From: Antedon mediterranea
Lineage: Eukaryota > Animalia > Echinodermata
NCBI RefSeq assembly: GCF_964355755.1
Contig: NC_092670.1
Location: 33,344,388 to 33,408,387 of the forward strand
Direction: 5' to 3'
DNA: 64,000 bases
The notes under the pieces are model-generated. The model was given only the letters and a program-made list of their open reading frames with translations. It was not told the origin of the DNA and made no database searches. Below, in pieces: positions 12,429 to 27,503 of this stretch. The translations under genes were made by a program, and so were the position numbers. Position 1 is the first letter of the stretch; every line of letters starts with the position of its first letter.

Positions 12429-14189
12429 GTGGGTAAACTTTCTCATATCGTTACTGATTTACAGAACACGTTTAAGATTTCTTATAGCGTTTGAAGCGTA
12501 ACGCTTTCTTTCATTTGGTTTAAAATAAGTTTCTAATAGAAAAGTGTAAGCTTCTTTTCTAAGAACGTATTTCAGTAAAACCAAACGATTCAGTAAGTTA
12601 AATAAGTAAGTCAAAGAACAAATTTAGAAATGGTCGAGCATTATATTCACTTTCATAAACCATTGGAAAGATAGGATAGGATAATGCATCATGCTCCTAC
12701 GTTGTCAACGTTGATGTGATGTTCACAACAGGACTCACGACTCTCAGCAGCCAATCTAGTGCCAAAATGTCTGGTACTAGTTAATGCTCGCAACTCATTT
12801 TCCCAGGGAAGAAAATGAAATAACAGTTTTGAACACACTCATGCCAAACTATACAGTATAATAATAAAAGAACATCGTCTTACAAATTTAATAAAATCCA
12901 ATTGAATTGTCTGGATTAAATTTACCCAGGGATTTAGTAGCTTTGTTTACAATTGAAGAAACGTTTGTATAAAATTATTCTTGAACTTTTCTAAATTTAC
13001 TAGGCCGAGATCTTTCTGCATTACTTATCTGCATCGCATTATGTCTCTGCCAAAAAAAAGTATTTACACTTGTTATGAGTCACAAGTCTTCTTAGAAAAT
13101 GTATATTTGGCTGCCTATGATATATTATGATACAAATGCCAAAATAACAATCATAAGGATCGGTATATTTAAAATTTGTTTTGTGCAATACAATATTCAA
13201 CAAATTATACTTCGCGCGATAAAATTTCCAACTCAATTATAAATAATATGTAACCTCAAACTATTTTTACCATTACGAAAATAAAAACATGATCAATCAT
13301 CCAGATATTTTTATTTTATAAAAATGAAATATAAAGCATGTAAAATTAATAACACTAATACGTTGGCCTATTTGATTATATTAAGACAGGTTTAAAATAA
13401 TTCGAGGCTCAATACTCTAAGTTCTGAATGAGGTAATGAAAATACAATAGACCTATAAGCATAAGACCATGTAGACCTAGTATTAGAAATATCGTTTGAA
13501 TGTGCAATTATAATCATTTGAAAGATTCAATAAGTTTCTTAATATCTGTCGTTAAGCATCCCAAAGTGGCAGGCAATAACCTATGATTAAGAGGTTGCAA
13601 ATCGCCCGGAAATATGAATCAGAACTGTGTATCGCATAGCAATGAAATTCACAGGCCAGTTACTTACAAAAAAAACACGTATATTTCTTTAAGTTATTTC
13701 GTTTTTGTATCTCGCTCATTGTACACGTGTCCATGATTTTATATTAAATAACTTAACCATGGAGAAATATTTCTTAATGATATAACATAGTACATTTTAA
13801 TAATTGCCATTACCTACCATTAGTAAGATGAACTCGTCATTCAAAATTGCAGGCCATAAATATGGAATAACCTACAAACTAAAATTAAAAATTCTCCAAC
13901 AATTGCTTCATTCAAATCGATCTCATTTTTGTTCACAAACCTAAAAGTATTTCAAACCATCCCCGAATTATTTTGTATTTAAGACAAGAAAATGAAAAAC
14001 AGGTTTTCTTTTACCTAATTGTGTAATCCTGAATAAAGATTTTGTTCAATAAATAAACCTATGCGACTTCCAAAAAGCAGCCAATGGGACTTAAATAACT
14101 GCTCTATACAACTAAATATATTTTAAATTACGCAGGCTTTACGTGTTCATAACATTCATGTTGTTAATCAGGTTTAGTATTAATTTTAG

Positions 14190-14314
14190 TCAAAATAGTG
14201 GTGATGATGGGGAACAGCTAGTTTCTACAAGAATACCTCAATGTTTTGAGAGAGGTGCCCGCGTCACCGTACATGCAGACATGCATAATCTGAGCGCTTA
14301 CAGGAATTTTCAAG
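14190..14314 (+). CDS. PH-PDZ protein exon 4
   Basis: ttttag acceptor; open frame QNSGDDGEQLVSTRIPQCFERGARVTVHADMHNLSAYRNFQ; donor gtatag. Its phase 2-1 exactly bridges exons 3 and 5. Confidence 0.65.
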
Positions 14315-14915
14315 GTATAGCTCATAAAGAATAAGCTAATAATGCATTTGACCCGCACACTTTGAAATGCATTTTGGAAATTTTTATTTTTATTTAAATC
14401 GGTTTCTGAATGGTGCGCGGCGTATGGTGCGTTTGACCACATCATGTTAAAGCACGTTGAATTGATTTGAGCATGTTGACAAGTATTTTTTTATATACTT
14501 TATATCACATACCTTTGGTAAATGGAAATATTTCAGCATTATAAAAAATTAAACAAGAGGAAACATCCACAGAAACATCCAAATGAATCTTGATACATTA
14601 AAAAACTAACGAACTAAGCTAATCAACCGTAATATTGAAAACACTAGGTACGTGTGTGTGGTCTTATGACCAGTCTCATCTAATAGCCAGGTGCTCTAAA
14701 ACATGCTATATAATAACTATTGTAAATTCTCTGACGTTGAGTTTAGAATTTGGAAGTATACCAATGTGAATATTTCAAACAATGCATTTTGTCAAAAGCA
14801 TGATTCTAAACTAATACCGCATTTAAACTTTGAAATCAGTGTTTTAACCATCACATGAGTCTGAATTTATGGTAATTACAAAGTTATTTATCTTCTTGTA
14901 TTTATTTTCTAACAG

Positions 14916-15178
14916 CACATCGTCCAGTCCGACCATTGAGTACACCTATACCACGGAACTTTGATGAGTTAGAATCAACGTACCACCATAGCACCCAGAC
15001 AGAAAACCGGGAAAACAAAGACAACAGCAGACGAGAGAGCGAGCCATGCGACAATAGTGGTGCTAAGCCAGAAAAAGCTCCGGTGGAAACCAAAGTTCCG
15101 GTGGAAACCAAAGCTACAGGAACTAAAGCTCCAGAAACTAAACCCAGACGAAAACCCATGGAAACCGCCTTAAATTAG
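14916..15178 (+). CDS. PH-PDZ protein terminal exon (low-complexity tail with PVETK repeats)
   Basis: ctaacag acceptor; phase 1; open to TAG at 15178. The joined CDS is 1155 nt (384 aa). Confidence 0.7.
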
Positions 15179-15869
15179 TCAATAACTTTTTTTTTCATTG
15201 GAGACGAAAAGAAAGTACTCTGTGTGCACACACCGCAATTGGTCACGTCCCTTCCCATGTACCCTACCCATTCTTGAAAAGGCTCAGCGTCTAGTACGGC
15301 ACTGTGCTTACCCGTTTTATTATTCATCTTTTGGTATTGGAGAATATTTCTGTAAATAATTGTAAATATGAAACAGCGCAATGGGTGCATGCAATTAAAG
15401 TTGGCACCTGATATTATTACTATGCAAATATTAAAAACTCACCAGGATATGCAAATGAACATACATTCACTTATAAAATGTGAAACAAAAAATATATATT
15501 AGTGGTAATAATGCAATAATATGTTGATTGTCGCAAAGTTAATGATTAAGAGATTTTGTTGTATATTTGATACAATGGTAATGATGTTGACGGTGATGGC
15601 GATTAAGAAAAAATGACGATATTTGACGAGAAAAAAATAGATAAATCAAATAATGTTCATTAGGCCTACAACAATTATTAATAGCGATAATGTTGATGAG
15701 ATATATTGGATGTTGATGAGGACGATTATAACACCCACGAAGCTTTTACTAAAGTGATGAAGTTGGTAATACTCTTATGATGAAAACGATGACACGACAA
15801 TGAGGGATGACGACGCTGACACAACGTTGACGACGTCATGACGACGACGACGGTGACAATATTAATAAT

Positions 15870-16036
15870 AGGGCCTTTCGATTTGAGACGACCGAGGACC
15901 GACGCCCAACCTAAGTTGGATGTGCCGTCGGTCGTCGGCTGTACCTAAACCATCAAACCTGTTTGTTCTGAGTCTGATATTATTTATTTTTACACAAAAT
16001 CGTCGGTCGCCGATGGTCACTAATCGAAAGCTCCCT
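15870..16036. mobile_element. MITE family B, inserted in a degenerate (GAC/GAT)n tract
   Basis: Ends agggcctttcgatt / aatcgaaagctccct. A related copy in the opposite orientation lies at 56290-56449. Confidence 0.6.
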
Positions 16037-16500
16037 AATGTCGACGTTGACACGACAACATTGACGACGACATGACCATGGTAACAGCAACGATGAAAAA
16101 GCAGCTATCTATTTTACCATCTACTACGCCCGGAAAAACATTTTGCGCATCGTCTTGGTTTTTTTACGGGCCATTGAATTTTGTGACGACGATTTATGAT
16201 AAGCTGACTCCCATAGCTTAGATTATGCTTATTCGACGCAGAACTAAATAGTTCTTATGACGACGAAAACGATAACAAACAGTGACATGAATATGACTAG
16301 AGACTTTCGATTTGCACGAATTGACGCCAACGACAGAGCAACCACTATTATTATCTGCGCATGTACAAAACAATAAATTATCATTTTCATAATAATGGCT
16401 ATGATGTCGATGTTCTAATTATTATCGGTAGTACATACAGGTCTGAAACAATGATGTTGAAGAATAAGTGTATATTATACTACAGTATTTTAAAAGTTAA

Positions 16501-16570
16501 GCTTGGTTTCCACTAGGATGCAATGACGTACGCTCAACGCAAGTGATTTACGTCCTAGTGAGAACCAAGC
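16501..16570. mobile_element. MITE family A, internally deleted copy
   Basis: gcttggtttccactagg...cctagtgagaaccaagc. Confidence 0.65.
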
Positions 16571-19500
16571 ATAAGTTTTGTCAGGCACGGCATAACACTA
16601 ATAACAACACCTAACTGTAAAGTTTTTGTGTAGGTTTGTTAATTGTGTTTATAAAACTAATACATCATAATTGTGTTCCTAGTAGGCCTAAATGTACTTA
16701 CAATAATTCGAATAGATGTATAATGTATAAAATAAATAAGCCTATGTCTTGTCAATTTGATATTTTGTTGATTGTCCTGTTTAGGTTACTTTAGGTATAA
16801 TTTATATGAAACTGAAGTAAGCTGGTGCAACTCAACTTAAAGTGAACTGTAAAGATTATACAAAGAAAGATAAACTGGATATTATTATCTTCAATGGTAA
16901 TTAACAGCAGAACTTTTTTTTAAACGAAGAATCGTTTAGCGCCCGCTACATACAAAGAACGAAGAATCGAAATGAGGCATACAATTAGTATACGGCTCTT
17001 CTTTATATCGCCCTCTACACGCTTAGGTCTCATTAAACTTTCCAATGACATACACGCAAAGACGTAAACTGCAACACAAGCGAATTAACCAATCAAAAGC
17101 GATGGATTATTCGAACTCTACCTTATATGATCAATTCGCTTGCGTTGCGGCTTACGTCTTTGCGTACTGTGCGTGTTTGGGAACATGCTAAAGTGCCACA
17201 AACGAATAAAGCGTCTTATTCGTATGAGGCAACTCAGTATGAGGCAACACAGGTGGTCGAAACACTTGCAACGCAGATAGAAGTTGAATAATCAATAGGG
17301 CCTAATTTGCTCGAATTAACGTCGTAGTAGAAATAACGCATCAATTATGAATTTCCTGATATCGCGGAAACTTAAGATTAACTCTGAACACGGTAAACCT
17401 ACACAGAATCACTAAGTTGGCCTAACTGTGGTGTGTTTATTTTAAAAACATTGTTTTACACATAATAATGTAGGTGAAGTTAAATGGCAGGACCACTATA
17501 CTCCTACGTATGTCAGAATACCGGGACGTTGAAAATGATTAATCGTATTTGCTGGAGGTCACAGACTGTATATTAGGGGGACTGTTTGTCGCCAAACATC
17601 AAACAGAGATGCCTAGCAAATATACCTGCGTGAGCTAAATGTATATCACAATTATTCTTCTTTTAATTGTTTAGAAGTAATTTGTAACCTTCCGTGTCTC
17701 TATTCAGTTAATCATTAATTATCCACACTGTATAAAAATGCCAGTTACACGTTAAGCAAATTTGCATAATATGAACTTTCGTTGACTTTGTACCGCAATC
17801 AACTTTGCGTAAACGGTTACCGGGTTTTTAAATCCGGGTGAATACTTATAACAGTTGGTTGGCCTAATACTATGAGGGCGTGTACAAGCAAAAGAAAGTT
17901 TTTCTATATTATTTTATTTAAACGTGTATTAACATGTAGCTTCTATCTATTATTTAAGGCGAAAACAGGAACGCCCTTCATTAAAATAGTGACGAGATGC
18001 TGGCTTTATTTGGTGATATTTATTTAGCCTTCGTTGCTTTTCTTTCGAACATTAATTTAGCAAGTTACATAAACAGAGTATGGAATGCCAAAGATTAATT
18101 TTACCTTCAAATAGCACCAACAGGCCTAAACTAGTTGACCGATAAATTACGCTTTTCAAGAACCATCAAGAAAAACATTTTAGGCCTATTTGATCCAATA
18201 CAAATAACAAAAAAACTAAAATCGAAAATATCCGAATGAAATGTAAGAATGGATCATGTAAACATAATGATACTGTTTAAGTATATCATTTAAGTAGATT
18301 AATATGGATTTCACTGACGTTAGGCGGCTTTTCCTGTTTAAGTCTGAATGGTAAAAACGGCCTTTGATGCCGCCCTCAATGATGTAATGTTTTAAAATAA
18401 TGAGATTTTTATATAAATACGTGTATGTTTCAGATGGACAATTAAACAATAGACAGTGCCAAATTAAAAAACACCCCTAATAGGCCTAAACTGGATTTCA
18501 TTAAGGTGTAAAATCAGTAAGTCTGCCGAATATACCAACATTCTTACATAATGTATACCACTCCCAATATTAATATCCACATTAAAATAGTGCTGAAAGA
18601 GTTCAGCCTAGTCCCCAGTCATCTGATCTGATAAAAAAGAGTAACATTCAATCCAATTTGTAGTGTCGATCCACAAAGATTAACCACGTAAGATTAGATT
18701 GAATTTGATCCTGATCAAAACTATTTTTTTCGAATGAAATTGGTGAGTTTGCATAACATATTAAGTTCATGGGATTACCATACTAATCTAACAACAAGTA
18801 AACACTACCACGGTTGGTTAAACAATGTTATCTCAAATTCTATATTTGTATTAATGATAGGGCAAAGTATTATTTGATGCCAACCCGGGCCACCTCCGGT
18901 ACCTGGCAACATGGCAACGTACGTATGCGCTGAGAACAAACCATTTCGAAACACGTGTTTACTGTTTCCTTGAGGCCTAATATGACCATATTGTAAAGAT
19001 TCACTATTCTTTAATTTGGATGACGGTAGGCCTACGATATTAATGAGAGGGGAGGGGAGGGACAAAATATGAAGTGGAATAAGTACCCCTGCATTATGCG
19101 TTTGGTTTTCGCACGATGATGTTTATCTATGTAGGCCTAATAGTTAGAACTCACTCATCAAACAAAACAAAATAATGTAGGCCTATGAATATAATGTTCA
19201 ATCCATTAGGCCCTACTATTAGCGTACTAACCAGTTTCACAGTCTCCTGTGCGTGTGCATACTTAATTAAGTAATTATCTCATTCAAACTATTATTTGCT
19301 ATTGTTGTCAATGTGAATTATATTCAAAGACCATTTACTTATTTCCAATTATAGGCCTACGTTTGATTTGATTCCATAAAGTCCTTCAAATACTGGAATA
19401 CAGTAGGCCTATACATTTTGATCATTAAGTACGCTCTACAAAAGAAGATGAGTTTTAGATAATGATTGATATAATATTTAATCATGATTGCACTGTAATA

Positions 19501-20145
19501 AAGCTGAATAAATCTTGTTATTTCCTGTTTATTTTAAATAAGCAGTTGGATCATACAAAGATGCATAGTTCCTGTAAAGGTAATAACGAACACCTAAAAT
19601 TTCGTTTTATTTTGTGGCGTTGATCATGTTAGGCCTAGGCCGGGTATATTGAACTTTCCATCAATAATGAGGTCCTGCGTCCTAAATAAATCTGAATGCA
19701 CAAATCAAAATGAGGAATTAGGCTATAGAGGCTTGCATATTGCATCAGTTGGTATAATTAGCCGATTACAGACTTCATCTACCATTGTTTTGTCATCTTA
19801 CAGCAGACGATTCATGTCTTAACCAAGAAAACTGTACAGTGTCATTACCTAAGCAAACTGATGGAACACTACCACTTTTATACAAGATTGTCATATTGAT
19901 ATATAACAGGGAAATGAGTCATTGACAGAACTGGTATTGATATAACATTGGTATGTTACAATGAAGAGAAACGGACAGATCCGTAAATCATACCTATACC
20001 TTCGGAGGGATTTAAAGAAGAAAATGAGGTTAATAATACAGATGGTTATTTCCAAAGCGATTATCTTGACTTAATAATCGCTTCAAAATTAGGATTAAAA
20101 TATTAGATGTAAATATCATTTTAAAATATGGTTGAACTCATATTC

Positions 20146-20187
20146 CAGGAAAGAGTGAATTTACTTTACGAATTTCACTCTTCCCTG
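20146..20187. mobile_element. 42-bp inverted repeat, P-superfamily-like remnant
   Basis: caggaaagagtgaatt...aatttcactcttccctg; flanks share atattc, but the TSD is imperfect. Confidence 0.5.
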
Positions 20188-21795
20188 ATATATTCTAAGG
20201 TTACCGTATGTTCTGTGTTTGTTTGTTTTTTTATTTTTGCTTCCTGATATTCAGTAATTGGTTCATTAATTCAACATGTATTATACTCTATACTATACTA
20301 CACGGTTCCGCCCTGAGATGCTGACATAAATAATGAAATCCTTTATGATTATAGGCCTATACGGATATCACTATATCTGGCATATTATGTATAATGTAAT
20401 TATTATTATTAACATGCCTTTAATTGTTGCTGTTAATTCCATTATCCGTGAAATGTCGAATACATTATCATGTAACCACACTTATAGTTAATATACAGCT
20501 CGTAATTCACACTGTACCGACCGGTAAGAGATAATGTTAATGTTAAACACAATTTGAATTGAGATTTTTTTTTTCATTGATACACATATTTAAAACCTTC
20601 ACTCTTCTATAACACACGTTTTAAAACTCGTATTAACTACATAAAATTCATGCCACCATGTATGACAGACCACCAACAACTAAGCCTTAGCGTTTTTGAG
20701 ACATCCAAGCATTGACACTAAGCCACCATTAAATGTTGGCTCGTGCCTGTCGGGCTTAACTTGTTTGGTGTGTTTACATAGAGGAATTAAATTAATTCAT
20801 TCATTTATATTTGACGCCCCTTGTTTATTCCCGTTGACATGGATGACTAGCGAGATTAGGGACTTTAGCCAATCCTCCATCCATAAAAAAATATCCGACA
20901 AATGCTGTGTCCCTTTCTATCTGAGCTAGGCCTATGCCCATTAACATAAAGCTGTACTGTATTATTTATACAGTCTATTGTCAAATAGTGTTGGTTTTGC
21001 ACCGTCACTCGTTGGCTGTAGACTTAACTTAAAGATGTATTGTGATTGAAAATGTTCATCTGGTTTGTAATAATAAGTTATTATTAATGTTCTTTAAAGA
21101 ACATTTATAATAACTTAAAGATGTATTGTCCCCTGAAAAATATTTTTGTTGTTGAATATGCCATTTTGTCACATAATAATGATATACTTTGAACAAAAAT
21201 TGAAACAAAATGTATTTACCTGAAAATATGTATTTTGAGTTTGAAACAAAAAATATTCAAATTGGCTACCGGCCAATGGGTTTTTGGTTGAACCCCCCCC
21301 CCCCCCCCTCTCTCTTTATTTTTGTCATTTTATATGAGAAAACATTATTTGTTTTAACTTGATTAAAACTACAAAATAACCTTTTCAAACCTGATTTAAT
21401 TAATCTTCATTTGTTTTTAGGGCCATTTATTTTTACATACTTTAAAAACATGAACATTTAATCAACACAAATGAACATTAAAACAAACTAAACACGTATA
21501 CCTCATTAACTTTCAGACAAATAATCTGTGTTCATGAACATATTACAGTAAAGTAATATTAAAACGAACGAAGAAGGAAGTCAGATTCGACGTTTCAGTC
21601 TTTATTTGATCATCATCAGGAAACGAAACTTCGACTTCCCTCTCCTTATTTGGTGGAGTTATTTAAACATAATAAGTTCATCCATTGGTTTTTATAGAAG
21701 GTTATATTGCGTAAAATTATCCTGATCTGTAGGCCTACCGTATTGCGCCACTCAAAGGTGCTGGTAGGTAGTCGAACAAAAGAACCCAGTAAAAC

Positions 21796-21811
21796 CATGG
21801 AGTACTACAAG
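21796..21811. mobile_element. 16-bp near-palindrome with perfect 7-bp TSD
   Basis: catggagt|actacaag between GTAAAAC at 21789-21795 and 21812-21818. Confidence 0.5.
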
Positions 21812-24800
21812 GTAAAACAAAGCAGCAATTTTGTTATTGTGATTTGTTTTGTTATTGTTTTCTTATAGATTGTATATGAGAATCGATATGCACATTTGTT
21901 AACACACCCTCAAATAAAAATAGATACAATCAAAAGAAGCTACATTTATTTGGATTACATTTTATAATTTCCAATTAATAATTGTAATCCATTTTTATTT
22001 TGTAAATCTGTAATGTACTTGTTTTACTTATTCTTTGCTGATGTTTTTTGTTTAGTTTAAACTGATTTGTTCATTTAATAGACAGATCTAGACAGAGTTT
22101 AGATTTCCAAATACATATAAATTATAGTTATTGATGTTTATTAAGAAATTCTATTCTAGCCCTAAGTTCGATATGAACCCAGTCAGAAAGTCAAACCGTT
22201 TTTAGGTCATAAAGTTGTATCGAATTGTTGTAAAACAAACAGGCGGAGAGCCTACTTATTGCTATAATCCTATTATAAACTTAGCGAACAAAGACCGAGC
22301 GAATAACCGAACAGTTACAGCCAGAAAGTGTTTGGTTTGTGGCTTACGCTGCATAGTGGCAACAACTTTAGTATAAAAGTCAAATATTATTGACTGTATT
22401 TTTAATAACTTTACATTTCTTAAGTTATTTGATTAATTGACTATTAGATAAGGTCATTAATGGGTGAATGAGTTAGTGGCCAACACTTTTCGCTTGAATC
22501 ATTGCAGTAATAATTAGCTAAGACTTTTAAATAGCATAAGTTAGTGTTTGGCTTTTTATGGTATATAAATGACTGGCTTCATTATCTTCACATTTTATAG
22601 GTTTAAATGTAGTTCGCCATTTTTTGTTTTCATTTTATATTTTCATATATCGTGATTTAATATTTTTGTGATATTTATTTGTTTTGTTTGTCAAGACTTA
22701 AGAAAAGAAAATTATAAATCTTTTGTTGGCCAAAAAAAATAATTATAATCTTATCCTTCTTTTGGGAAAAAAAACCTTTAAATCAATAATCAGACTTTGG
22801 ATCGTAAACATAACCTTATTTTACGATGAAGAAGCGAATCTGTATTTGACAGCCAAGGGCCTCGATTTTTATAGGGAATTCTCTGATAAATCATTTAAAA
22901 TATCGCTTTATAAAACAATTATTGTGTATACATTCGATAATTCTATTTGGTAAAGCGATAATGTACATTATAGTATCTTTTGTTTATATTCCAATTGTGT
23001 TTTGATTGTAAACGTAATCAAGAGATGAAGCTATCTAGGCCGATTGGCCGCGTATCGCCCTAATCGAGAAGTGAAGAAAGGGCTCTCTCACTGTCACGTT
23101 CCAGTAGAGATAGTAGGACTGTTTGGCCGTCGCTCGTAAAATGAATTCTTTGCCGATTAAGCTTTGGTATATCTTAAACCTACTTTATATTTGGTGTAAC
23201 AACATGATTACAGTAAACATAAAGATAAGTAAATGGCTAGGCACGAGCGTTTGAGATGTCCTTTAGTCTATCAGTTTGAGGAGCACTGGCGGCGGCTCTA
23301 TTGGATGATTTAATGCCAGAGTATACTTTAAAAAGTAGCAATTGTACATCTCTCGAGCTTCTATACAGACCATTTTATTGAGGCGATATGTTACAGATTT
23401 TCCTGTTAATTAAATCTCTTTTGAAATGGATTTTTTTTTTCAAAAGAAATTATTAATTCGTATTATTTGTTATCCTTTTAAAATAATTTAATTCTAACAT
23501 TTCGTTAAAAGTATTGCTAAAATATAAGATAAGCTTGGTATATAAATTGAGAAATTATTATCAAACTTATTTCTGATTGGATATAAAAAATTCATTCATT
23601 CATATAGGCCTACGCCTAAATTTTAAACATATCATGCTTTGAAACTCGTGAGTCATACGTAATTAATTATGCTAAATGAGCACTTCCTAGAATACATTGT
23701 ATTTAGCTTAATTATGACAATAATTGTTATTCTTTTATAGACAACTGTTTATGTAATGTGAACATCATGCAGTAATACATTATTAGAATGAAAAATGAAA
23801 GAGCTTTCAACCATGTTATAAATCGAAATGAAAAATTAAGAGTAGGCCTAGGCCATATAAAAACAATGAAGAAAAAATGATCTCTAATAAAAACAAAATA
23901 TATATATATTGTGAATAATTTCCAAAGAAAAGTATTATTAAGATACAGAAAAAAATATTTTTTTAAATTATTTATTTAATGATCATTTATAATATGTAAT
24001 TTTTGTTTTATCTTTCGTTGTTAAAACCACATTCATTCATTATGTTTAAAAAATACAGTGTTAACGATTATATAATTTCTATAGTTTACAGATTTGTTGT
24101 CCCCTTTAATTATAATTTGTAATTTAAAAATGGATACTACTCTATCTATAAAATACTGGGAGTATAGTTTTTATACTTTTATTGTCAATGCAGGATCAGT
24201 TACAGTTTGATTATCATAGAGGTATTACTTTCACTAATGGTTTACTATAATACCTGTATAATCTGAGTATACGAATTACATTTTGATTTTTTAATAATGT
24301 ATTGAAATAATGAATATTAACTATCATACAATTATATGTGTTATTACAACCAGCAACCTTTAAAAATAATTACTATTCAAAATGTAGGCCTATGTGTATG
24401 AATCAAATGTAATGGATTTCGTCTTAAAATATTGTTATTTATGTTATTATTTTGAAATAAATAAAGAGATTATAATATTATAATCTAATCCAAAAATGTC
24501 GATCAGTAGGCCTAATAAGCATAATAAATTTTGATTATGTCCACTGTTTTATTAGATTGATATTATTCCTATAAGAGATACCATGTCCCGTTATGAACAC
24601 ATTTCATATAATGCACACGTTTCCTGTACACAGTGATAACATACAAAAAAATTATCAGGATAACAAAAATTACGACCATTATTAATGATAACGAATTAAC
24701 AGATAATAACGATATATTGCTTGCTTTATTTACATAATTATTATAACCAAAATATTTACATTAATTATATGTTAGTGTACATAAGAATTGTAAATTTATG

Positions 24801-27249
24801 AAAGAGAATTAAATCTAAAACATTAGCCCCAAATATTGCGAAGATTTTTTCAGCCGGATAGGCGACGACGATGCGTTCTCCTCACATAAAAGTATATGTC
24901 CTATACCCATGCTCTGTTACATAAACGCGGCCTAGCATAAATTATAAATATGATTGATTTACAATATTGTAGATATGCATTCATTATCAAAAGGTTTAGG
25001 TACCCATGCATAGGTTTACAACTAATGCTAAAGCTAAACATCTAACGCGAATACAAAATCATTATTATACTAGACGATTCTATCAATATAGGCCTACACG
25101 CTTTTAACGAAAACTAAAAGAAATAAACAAATATTCGATGTATAGAATAATTATTTCAATCACTTAAACCTACGATGAATACAATTTGTAAATTTCAGAG
25201 CGATATTATATATTTTTTTTGGATCAAAGTTCACGTATGAATTGTATATGTTCATACTTAGCTTATAAATAATTTATAGAACAGAATGAGATAAAAACAT
25301 GACAACATGAAGCCTATATAAGCCTAGACAAAATGTGTTTTCTATATCCACACTAGGCCTATGGTTAAAAAAACATAACTATTTGACCTAGAGGGTAAGT
25401 ACACTGGGGGAAGAACGACACCAACAAAACTCTTACGATTGCTAAACAAGTCGACCTTTGAATCCCAGCGACCAATTTATCATAATCTGTTAGTTCACAG
25501 TTGTTATCGGTCGTTTTCGATAATCTAAGTGCCTTATCAGTTTGTATAAATTTTTGAGCGGTCCACCTGAACTCCCGGAATGAAATTCGTAGGCCTAAAT
25601 AAATATAGGACCTGGTAAAAGGGGTTTGAAATTGCATCACAAATAGGGGCGTTTTTTTACCCTACCAACTTTCGAAATATTGTCAAGTAACGATGTAATG
25701 CCAGCTTGCAACATTTAAAACGCTTAGCTACTCTATAACGTAGTCGTAGAAGTTGTCTATTTGATGGACTAATTAGTTTATTGAGAATAATAATTAATTA
25801 TTAATTAGTAATAATTACAATTACTTCGTGATTTAGTTAAGTTTTAACTACACTGTTTTTGTGTTTTGTGTGATTGAAAACAAGATATTATAATCACCAC
25901 TCTTCACTTGATAACCAAATAAATATGTGTTATGGAATATTGAAATTATACAGTACGTAGGCTGGCCTACAGTTTTAATCCTGATGTTATATGCATCAAT
26001 ATCCAGGCGCGGCGACTCATAACTTGCACTTACGAAGGCGTAGTAAATAAAAAAAATAGGCCATAATTATTGATAAAAATAATAAAATTTAATAATTGTA
26101 TAAATGATGTTATGCATCTTACTATAGAGGAACGTGTAATATTCAGAATCATTGAATAATTTGTGTATAAAATTGATCGCAATTCCATATTATAAGGTGG
26201 GGGATGAACCCAGGAGAGGAAATACTATTTAAGCCCCCTCCTTCGATACGTAACGCGCCTCATATTTCATTTGACACAAGGGCAAATCATAATAAACAAC
26301 GAAAAAGAATTGATTGCATTGATATGATAACGATAATATAATAATGTAATAATATTTTTATTATTATTAACGAACATTTACCATTTTAACCATTATAAAA
26401 TCAGGGAGGGGTGATTAATTAATTAATTTCACTTTTTCCTAATAACATTTAAAAAATTTAAAATATTGTTAATTTACCAACAATTATGGATTTATAGAAT
26501 AAAACAATACAATAAAACAAATATTATTTTAAATGTAACTTATGACTTTCATAGATCAAGAAAAATATCATTTTATTTTTAGATATTTTGAATTTGAGTG
26601 TTTTACATCTGGGCTAATACAATAAATTTTATTTTCGTAATTTATGGTTATAAAAGTGCTACCTAAACAAAAAATGGGTTCTAATTCATTATTTGTTATA
26701 GCATAATAAACTTACGTAATGTTTCTGACTAGTCGAGTTCAGACGACAATTATAATATTATATAATTTAGAGGATTATAAATGTAGGGTCACACCGGCGT
26801 ACGGTATCTATTAATCTAAAATGAATAAAGTAAATACAAAAATATACTCAACAAGATTCCATAAAGTAATAAGAAATAAATTTAAACATTATTGGTTGTG
26901 AAGATAGCGATATGGGATATAGTGATATCAAATAATGTCTGTAGTGTTTAACATCAGATATATTATAATAACAATTTTGATAACACCTTTACTATATCAG
27001 TTATAATCATATCCTTATTCGAAGCAGGATATGTTTTTCTCAGGTAGACATAAACTATTTTTATAATAAACACATTGTTCACTTTAATAAAAATTAATGC
27101 ACATTAATTGGCAGAATTATAAATAATTTAAACGTTTTACTTTTAAACAAATTCGAAAAAATTCGATGGAATTACACGGACATGGTATAAAATAGAACTT
27201 TAATAGGCCTATAACTCATCTTCACAAGTTTTTCACAAGCTACGGTGGC

Positions 27250-27503
27250 TTGACCAATAGGCGAATCACACAGCCAATGAAAACAACGTACCATCCGAGG
27301 CGATTTTGGAAAAGCCTCACCACGTGACACGCATGGCCCACTGCCGTATACGGTTGGCTAACTCGTGTTGAGTAAATACTGTGGGTCTTGTTGAATAGAA
27401 AATCCAATGTCAACTACGAGTCCACAACACTCGTCTTCCGCTATTGCAACAAACTTTTGAATCAGAAGAATCAGATCACACAATCTCATTTTCGATAATA
27501 TTG
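27250..27503 (+). promoter_or_regulatory. Candidate GATA promoter and non-coding first exon
   Basis: Two CCAAT boxes (about 27254 and 27274), E-box cacgtg at 27321, locally higher GC/CpG, then a consensus donor g|gtaagt at 27504. Confidence 0.45.
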
